A DNA stretch of 40,000 nt from an uncultured Acidobacteriaceae bacterium. Its GTDB lineage: Bacteria; Acidobacteriota; Terriglobia; Terriglobales; Acidobacteriaceae. Positions 33,072 through 40,000 of the stretch are shown here, in pieces. Location of the stretch: contig CAVZBV010000002.1 of NCBI GenBank assembly GCA_963773645.1, positions 1,242,600-1,282,599 on the forward strand. Direction: 5' to 3'. Positions within the stretch are counted from its first letter, which is position 1. Each line of letters opens with the position of its first letter. A program made the translations under genes and the position numbers. The notes below the pieces were generated by a model. It did not search any database and was not told the origin of the DNA. It saw only the letters and a program-made list of their open reading frames with translations.

Positions 33072-35810
33072 GTGAATACGATCCGCTCCACAGACTGGAC
33101 GGCCCACTCAGTCCGTATCGCTGCCTGCGGTCTCGGGGCCGTACTCGGTGGCCCTTTGGGAGGTGTGCTGGGCGGCTGGCTCGGCAATGCCCTGGGACCG
33201 TCGGCAGTCGACCTGATCACTCATTACGCCGAAAAGTTCGGTGAAGGGGCCGCGGTAAAACTGCTCGATCTCGGCGCTGGCTCCTTTGTGCAGGGCTCGG
33301 AGATGGAGATGGGTCCCACGGAGTTAGAAGCTCTCTACCGTGAAACTCTTCAATTCAGTCTTAACGAGCTTTCCACATCAATCTCCGGGAACCGTTATGA
33401 GGACTGGTTCAATCACTGGCAATGCTGCCTTGCATCCAAAGCAAATCTGAATCTCTCTGATGTCACACTGGGCCAGTCAGACAAGGGCAACCCGCATGAC
33501 CAACTTCGTCTGGTCCTGGAAACTCTCGACGCCCAGGGAGCGGCGATGGCGCGGAACGATTTGTCGCTCAACATCACGCTCCGCGCACTTCCAGAAGAAC
33601 TCCTATCCAAACTGATAGCCAAGCTTCCAGAATCCCTCGACAAGAATTTTCGCGCGCTCATTGTTGGATCAAAATACGAAAGGGCATGGAAGGAAAAGTT
33701 GCTGATATTCGAGCGATCCGCTCGGAAAGCGCTCGAAGATATCGATCAAACAACACAGAGAACCGAATCCAAGGTGGACAGGATCGGCGAAGACGCAAAG
33801 GCGATCCGAGAGCTGCTCGAAAAGGAATGGAGAAGCGCGCAACAGCAAGGCCGACTCAGTCCGGAACAGTTGAAGGACAAAGACCAAGAGATCGCACGCC
33901 TGACCGAACAGCTTCGCAAATTGCAGGATGAACTTGCGGCGCGGTCATCCGAGCCGGAAGAAGTCCGCCTGTCGACACTTATTGCGACCGGAGACCTCGC
34001 AGGGGCAATTCGACTGAAATCAAACCAGGTAAACTCGCGCAGAAGCGAGGCACAGATGTTGCCGCGCGATCTCTTCGAACTGGGCAAGCTTCATGAACTG
34101 CGCTTCGATTGGCCCAATGCTTTACGGGCGTACCGTGAAGCATGGGAGCTACGCCAGGACCCGGAATTCGGATTTTCTTACGCCTATTATGCACGGCTAC
34201 AGAATCATTTCACAGAAGCCATCGCGGTATATCAGAATCTCCTTCCGACCTCCCGGAACCCTGCTGATCGCGCGATGACGCTCAACAACATGGCCGTTCT
34301 CTACCGCGAGACGCAGCGGATGAAGGACGCCGAAGCGGCATTCGTTGAGGCGCTGTCGATTCGTCACGAGTTGGCCAAAGCAAACCCGGAGGCCTACCTC
34401 CCGATTGTAGCGATGACGCTCAACAACATGGCCATTCTCTACCGTGACACGCAGCGGATGAAGGACGCCGAAGCGGCATACGGGGAGGCGCTATCGAAGT
34501 ATCGCGAGTTGGCCAAAGCGAACCCGGAGGCCTACCTCCCGGATGTAGCGATGACGCTCAACAACCTGGCCATTCTCTACAGCGACACGCAGCGGATGAA
34601 GGGCGCCGAAGCGGCATTCGGGGAGGCGCTGTCGAAGTATCGCGAGTTGGCCAAAGCGAACCCGGAGGCCTACCTCCCGTATGTAGCGATGACGCTCAAC
34701 AACCTGGCGAATCTCTACCGCGACGCGCAGCGGATGAAGGACGCCGAAGCGGCATTCGGGGAGGCGCTGTCGAATCGTCGCGAGTTGGCCAAAGCGAACC
34801 CGGAAGCCTACCTCCCGGATGTAGCCACGACGCTCAATAACCTGGCCGTTCTCTACAGCGACGCGCAGCGGATGAAGGACGCCGAAGCGGCATACGGGGA
34901 GGCGCTGTCGATTCGTCGCGAGTTGGCCAAAGCGAACCCGGAGGCCTACCTCCCGTATGTAGCCACGACGCTCAATAACCTGGCCGTTCTCTACAGCGAC
35001 GCGCAGCGGATGAAGGACGCCGAAGCGGCATACGGGGAGGCGCTGTCGATTCGTCACGAGTTGGCCAAAGCGAACCCGGAGGCCTACCTCCCGGATGTAG
35101 CCACGACGCTCAACAACCTGGCCGTTCTCTACCGCGAGACGCAGCGGATGAAGGACGCCGAAGCGGCATTCGTTGAGGCGCTGTCGATTCGTCACGAGTT
35201 GGCCAAAGCAAACCCGGAGGCCTACCTCCCGGATGTAGCCACGACGCTCAACAATCTGGCCGTTCTCTACAGCGACACGCAGCGGATGAAGGACGCCGAA
35301 GGGGCATACGGGGAGGCGCTGTCGAAGTATCGCGAGTTGGCCAAAGCGAACCCGGAGGCCTACCTCCGGTATGTAGCGATGACGCTCAACAACCTGGCCG
35401 TTCTCTACAGCGACACGCAGCGGATGAAGGACGCCGAAGGGGCATACGGGGAGGCGCTGTCGAAGTATCGCGAGTTGGCCAAAGCGAACCCGGAGGCCTA
35501 CCTCCCGGATGTAGCCACGACGCTCAACGACTTGGCGAATCTCTACCGCGACGTGCAGCGGATGAAGGACGCCGAGAGCTGCTGCTTGGAGGCGAGCGCT
35601 ATTCTTGAGCCTCTGTGGCAGGCCAATCTAGAAGTGCACGGCGACCAGTTCGCCAGGATTCTGTTGACTCAGGCTCTACTCTGTGAGCTGGGGGGAAGGT
35701 CTAACACAGAGGCGTGCCGTCTGGCCAGGCGTGCTTTCGATGCTGCATACCAGGCTCAGCTCAAGCACATCGCCCAGGAGATGATAGATAACTTTTGCAG
35801 TAAAACTTGA
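33072..35810 (+). CDS. glycine-zipper N-terminal domain / coiled-coil / TPR-like repeat protein
   Basis: GTG start. N-terminus GLGAVLGGPLGGVLGGWLGNALG (GxxxG zipper). Charged coiled-coil region (about aa 230-300). Then ten 46-aa repeats of the kinesin-light-chain/TPR_10-12 type (TLNNLAVLYxDTQRMKDAEAAYGEALSxxRELAKANPEAYLPDVA). Confidence 0.85.
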   Translation: MNTIRSTDWTAHSVRIAACGLGAVLGGPLGGVLGGWLGNALGPSAVDLITHYAEKFGEGAAVKLLDLGAGSFVQGSEMEMGPTELEALYRETLQFSLNELSTSISGNRYEDWFNHWQCCLASKANLNLSDVTLGQSDKGNPHDQLRLVLETLDAQGAAMARNDLSLNITLRALPEELLSKLIAKLPESLDKNFRALIVGSKYERAWKEKLLIFERSARKALEDIDQTTQRTESKVDRIGEDAKAIRELLEKEWRSAQQQGRLSPEQLKDKDQEIARLTEQLRKLQDELAARSSEPEEVRLSTLIATGDLAGAIRLKSNQVNSRRSEAQMLPRDLFELGKLHELRFDWPNALRAYREAWELRQDPEFGFSYAYYARLQNHFTEAIAVYQNLLPTSRNPADRAMTLNNMAVLYRETQRMKDAEAAFVEALSIRHELAKANPEAYLPIVAMTLNNMAILYRDTQRMKDAEAAYGEALSKYRELAKANPEAYLPDVAMTLNNLAILYSDTQRMKGAEAAFGEALSKYRELAKANPEAYLPYVAMTLNNLANLYRDAQRMKDAEAAFGEALSNRRELAKANPEAYLPDVATTLNNLAVLYSDAQRMKDAEAAYGEALSIRRELAKANPEAYLPYVATTLNNLAVLYSDAQRMKDAEAAYGEALSIRHELAKANPEAYLPDVATTLNNLAVLYRETQRMKDAEAAFVEALSIRHELAKANPEAYLPDVATTLNNLAVLYSDTQRMKDAEGAYGEALSKYRELAKANPEAYLRYVAMTLNNLAVLYSDTQRMKDAEGAYGEALSKYRELAKANPEAYLPDVATTLNDLANLYRDVQRMKDAESCCLEASAILEPLWQANLEVHGDQFARILLTQALLCELGGRSNTEACRLARRAFDAAYQAQLKHIAQEMIDNFCSKT
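34275..35654 (+). repeat. in-frame tandem array: nine near-identical 138-bp units plus one degenerate unit (coding TPR-like repeats)
   Basis: Units start at 34275, 34413 and so on (period 138 nt), with the ninth at 35379 and a degenerate tenth at 35517. Adjacent units differ at only a few nucleotides. Confidence 0.9.
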
Positions 35811-35873
35811 ATTCTGAGGCATCCGTCCCCCCAAGCCGACCCCGCCTGCCCGCTAGCCCCGCACACCCCTCTC

Positions 35874-35963
35874 GCCCCACTCGCTCGCGCGCGGGCCCCG
35901 GCCTCTGGGGTCCAAGTTCCGGGGAGGGGGTGTAGCCGTTTTTCCCGTCGCCACATCCTACCC
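35874..35963 (-). repeat. right terminal inverted repeat of element B (90 bp)
   Basis: Exact reverse complement of 21556-21645. Confidence 0.85.
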
Positions 35964-35977
35964 CATCCTTCGTTGAC
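35964..35977 (+). repeat. direct repeat copy 3 of CATCCTTCGTTGAC
   Basis: Immediately follows the right TIR of B and continues into unique sequence upstream of the kinase gene. Confidence 0.8.
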
Positions 35978-36001
35978 TAGCGGAGGCCACGTCCGTAAGA
36001 T
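35973..36001 (+). promoter_or_regulatory. candidate sigma70-type promoter of the Ser/Thr kinase gene, overlapping the target repeat
   Basis: TTGACT (35973-35978), a 17-nt spacer, then TAAGAT (35996-36001), about 30 nt before the GTG at 36031. Sequence match only. Confidence 0.3.
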
Positions 36002-36030
36002 GAAGCGACCCGAAAGCCAGGCATCGCATA

Positions 36031-38661
36031 GTGATCGGCCAGACCATCTCGCATTACCGAATCGTCGAGAAGCTCGGTGGCGGCGGTATGGGTGTCGTTT
36101 ACCGAGCCGAAGACATCAAACTGGGCCGTTCCGTCGCGCTCAAGTTTCTACCCGAAGATCTGGCTAAGGATCGCCAGGCCCTGGATCGCTTTCAGCGGGA
36201 AGCGCGGGCCGCGTCGGCGCTGAACCATCCCAACATCTGCACCATCCACGCGATTGACGAGGAAAACGGCCAGGCTTTCATCGTCATGGAGTTGCTCGAA
36301 GGACAGACCCTGAAACACCGCATTGGCGGCCGTCCGATGGATACGGAGACGCTTCTGAGTCTGGCGATTGAAATTGCCGACGCTTTGGATGCCGCGCATT
36401 CCAAAGGAATCATTCATCGCGATATCAAGCCGGCGAACATTTTCGTGACCAAACGTGGGCAGGCCAAGTTGCTGGACTTCGGTCTGGCGAAGCTAGCTCC
36501 GGAAAACCGTCTGGGCAGTTCGGAATCCGTGCTGCGAACGGCAACCGACGGGGCAATGGCAATGATGACCACTCCCGGCTCGACGGTTGGAACGGTGGCC
36601 TATATGTCGCCGGAGCAGGTTCGGGCCGAAGAACTTGACCCGCGCACCGATTTATTTGCTTTCGGTTCGGTGCTCTACGAAATGTCCACCGGATGCCTGG
36701 CGTTCCCGGGAAGCAGCAGTGGCGTAGTCTCAGAGGCCATTCTGAACCGCACTCCACCGCTTCCGTCGATCGCGAATCCAGCCATACCTCCTAAGCTAGA
36801 GGAGGTGATTTTCAAGGCGATCGAGAAGGAGCGCGAGTTTCGCTATCAGACAGCCGCCGAGTTGCGGGGAGACTTGAAGCGAATCAAGCGCGCGCTCGAC
36901 ACGTCACGCGTGCGTGCCGGCAGTGCGGTTGCCGCTCCACCGGGGACGGCTCCGGCCCCGGCGGTTGAGACTGCGGTGTCGCGAAGGCGCGTGCTGGTCA
37001 CGGCATTGGCAGCCGCTGCGATCGCGATGATCGCGGGCCTCGCCGGTGGAAGGTTTTTATTGCAACGCCCGGTGCAGGCCGCACTACCGATCTACCATCC
37101 GCTTACATTCCGCCGAGGCATGGTTCACGCTGCACGTTTTGCTCCTGACGGCAAGACCATCATCTACAGCGCTGCGTGGGAGGGCAAATCTTTGCAGCTG
37201 TTCACCACGCGGCCGGAAAGCCCAGAGTCGCATGAGTTGGAGCCGGCCGGAGCCGACGTCCTCGCCGTCTCGTCGTCCGGCGAAATGGCGCTTTCGCTGG
37301 GAAGCCGCCCGGTCGCCCAATTTCTCTATTCCGGCATACTCGCGCGCGTGCCTTTGGTCGGCGGCGCGCCGCGGGAGATCCTGGAGAATGTGGAATGGGC
37401 TGATTGGTCTCCGGATGGAAGCGCGCTGGCCATTGTGCGGCAGGAGCAAGGGCGGCACCGCCTGGAGTTTCCCCCGGGTAAGGTGCTCTATGAAGCCGAT
37501 GGATGGATTGGTCATATTCGCATTTCCCAGAAAGCAGACACCATCGCCGTTATTGACCACCCCCAACTGGGCGACGACGGTGGGGCGGTTGCCGTGGTTG
37601 ATCTGGCCGGGAAAAAGACAACTCTTTGTACCGGCTGGGACAGTATTCAGGGAATTGCATGGTCGCCCAGCGGCGATGAGATCTGGTTTACGGCCACGCG
37701 AACTGGTGGCGACCGGTCTCTCTATGCCGTCAACCTCGCGGGAACCGTCCGGCTGCTCGCGCGCGTTCCTGGAGAATTGACGTTGCTCGATGTTGGCCGG
37801 GAGGGGAATGTGCTCTTGACCCGCGGCAACGACCGGGCCGGAATAATCGGTCTGGCTCCCGGCGAGCCCAAAGAGCGCGATTTGTCCTGGCTCGACTGGT
37901 CGGTGCCAGGCGATCTGTCAGCCGATGGTCGAACCGTCCTTTTTGGGGAAACCGGGGAGGGTGGAGGACCAAAGTATGCGGTCTACCTGCGCAAAACGGA
38001 TGGTTCGCCGGCCATTCGTCTGAGTGAAGGAATTGGAACTGCATTATCTCCTGACGGGAAATGGGCGCTGGCGCGACCCAACGTGATTCCATCACCACTG
38101 GTCCTGTTGCCGACCGGGGTCGGTGAAGCGAAGCCTCTCACCCACGATTCGATCAATCACCTCTGGGTGCGATGGCTCCCCGATGGGAAACGACTGGTGT
38201 TCTCGGGCAACGAGGCGGGACACGGATTTCGTCTCTACGTAGAGTCTCCCGGGGAAGGCAAGCCGCGCCCGATCAGCCCGGAAGGCGTGAACCCGGCAGT
38301 GGTGATCTCTCCGAAGGGCGACTTTGCCGCCAGCGTCGGTCCGGATCACAAGTTTTACCTTTATCCCGTCGCCGGCGGCGAACCCGTGCTCGTCCCCGGC
38401 GCAGCGCCAGATGAGGCACCGACAGGCTTCTCCGCAGATGGCCGATTCCTTTACATCTACCGTTTTGGAGAGATTCCAGCCCGAGTGTTTGAGCTCGAGT
38501 TGTCGACCGGAAAAAGAACGCTCTGGAAAGAACTGGTGCCCGCCGATGCGGCGGGAATCGACACGATTCGGGGAATAACAATAACCCCGGACGCCAAGGC
38601 TTACGTGTACGGCTATATCCGAACCCTCTCAGATCTCTACCTCGTCGAAGGCTTGAAGTGA
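36031..38661 (+). CDS. Ser/Thr protein kinase with TM segment and C-terminal TolB/WD40-like beta-propeller
   Basis: GTG start. Glycine loop [31 protein letters not shown] helix [20 protein letters not shown]-terminal half has repeated PDG/SPDG...A/V motifs typical of PD40/TolB blades. Confidence 0.9.
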   Translation: MIGQTISHYRIVEKLGGGGMGVVYRAEDIKLGRSVALKFLPEDLAKDRQALDRFQREARAASALNHPNICTIHAIDEENGQAFIVMELLEGQTLKHRIGGRPMDTETLLSLAIEIADALDAAHSKGIIHRDIKPANIFVTKRGQAKLLDFGLAKLAPENRLGSSESVLRTATDGAMAMMTTPGSTVGTVAYMSPEQVRAEELDPRTDLFAFGSVLYEMSTGCLAFPGSSSGVVSEAILNRTPPLPSIANPAIPPKLEEVIFKAIEKEREFRYQTAAELRGDLKRIKRALDTSRVRAGSAVAAPPGTAPAPAVETAVSRRRVLVTALAAAAIAMIAGLAGGRFLLQRPVQAALPIYHPLTFRRGMVHAARFAPDGKTIIYSAAWEGKSLQLFTTRPESPESHELEPAGADVLAVSSSGEMALSLGSRPVAQFLYSGILARVPLVGGAPREILENVEWADWSPDGSALAIVRQEQGRHRLEFPPGKVLYEADGWIGHIRISQKADTIAVIDHPQLGDDGGAVAVVDLAGKKTTLCTGWDSIQGIAWSPSGDEIWFTATRTGGDRSLYAVNLAGTVRLLARVPGELTLLDVGREGNVLLTRGNDRAGIIGLAPGEPKERDLSWLDWSVPGDLSADGRTVLFGETGEGGGPKYAVYLRKTDGSPAIRLSEGIGTALSPDGKWALARPNVIPSPLVLLPTGVGEAKPLTHDSINHLWVRWLPDGKRLVFSGNEAGHGFRLYVESPGEGKPRPISPEGVNPAVVISPKGDFAASVGPDHKFYLYPVAGGEPVLVPGAAPDEAPTGFSADGRFLYIYRFGEIPARVFELELSTGKRTLWKELVPADAAGIDTIRGITITPDAKAYVYGYIRTLSDLYLVEGLK

Positions 38662-38682
38662 CGGCAGATTAGTGCCGTTTTC
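38661..38682 (+). terminator. possible intrinsic terminator after the kinase gene
   Basis: ACGGCA-GATTAG-TGCCGT 6-bp stem followed by TTTT. It overlaps the stop codon. Confidence 0.4.
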
Positions 38683-38707
38683 GCGGCCCAGAAGGAGATT
38701 CGTGCCC

Positions 38708-40000
<1,293 letters not shown>

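Larger units (their letters stand above)
21556..35963. mobile_element. casposon-like element B, apparently intact (Cas1 + family B polymerase + HNH + HTH, with cargo genes)
   Basis: Perfect 90-bp TIRs and a flanking 14-bp direct repeat. Encodes Cas1 with intact catalytic residues and a PolB with all motifs. By eye, the interior from about 21.7 to 33 kb is more AT-rich than the flanks. Confidence 0.8.

Noticed and set aside
34275-35654. Regular 138-bp repeats a few kb from cas1, briefly considered as a CRISPR-like array
   Set aside because: The units are contiguous with no unique spacers. They lie in frame inside a long ORF and encode TPR-like helices. The period is far longer than CRISPR repeat-plus-spacer units, and there is no leader or cas2.

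Overview
High-GC bacterial chromosome segment. The multi-PAS hybrid kinase and the Ser/Thr kinase with a beta-propeller tail look acidobacterial, but that is only a guess. The central 26 kb is an insertion hotspot. Left flank (1-9542): a partial coiled-coil protein, a 1598-aa hybrid histidine kinase, a CheY-like regulator, a phospholipase-B-like hydrolase and a beta-lactamase-fold serine hydrolase. Right flank (36031-40000): a Ser/Thr kinase and a partial acyl-CoA synthetase. Between the flanks, the 14-bp motif CATCCTTCGTTGAC occurs three times in direct orientation (9607, 21542, 35964). It delimits two adjacent elements, each bounded by long perfect terminal inverted repeats (TIRs). Element B (21556-35963, 90-bp TIRs) encodes an apparently intact Cas1 with a C-terminal Zn-ribbon and HTH, a family B DNA polymerase with all exonuclease and polymerase motifs, an HNH-like protein and an excisionase-type HTH protein. 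Its cargo is a trypsin-like protease, a small secreted protein, a P-loop NTPase with a membrane protein, and a glycine-zipper/TPR-like protein with nine near-identical 138-bp repeats. Element A (9621-21541, 98-bp TIRs) carries hsdM and a truncated hsdS, and retains only the middle of a paralogous polB. It has been broken up by three identical IS3-family copies and one ISL3-family IS. TIRs, a 14-15 bp target duplication, Cas1 and PolB together are the architecture of casposons (Cas1-dependent self-synthesizing transposons). Here they form a tandem array at a non-tRNA intergenic target. I saw no CRISPR array, cas2, rRNA or tRNA. All calls come from reading motifs by eye; no database search was possible.
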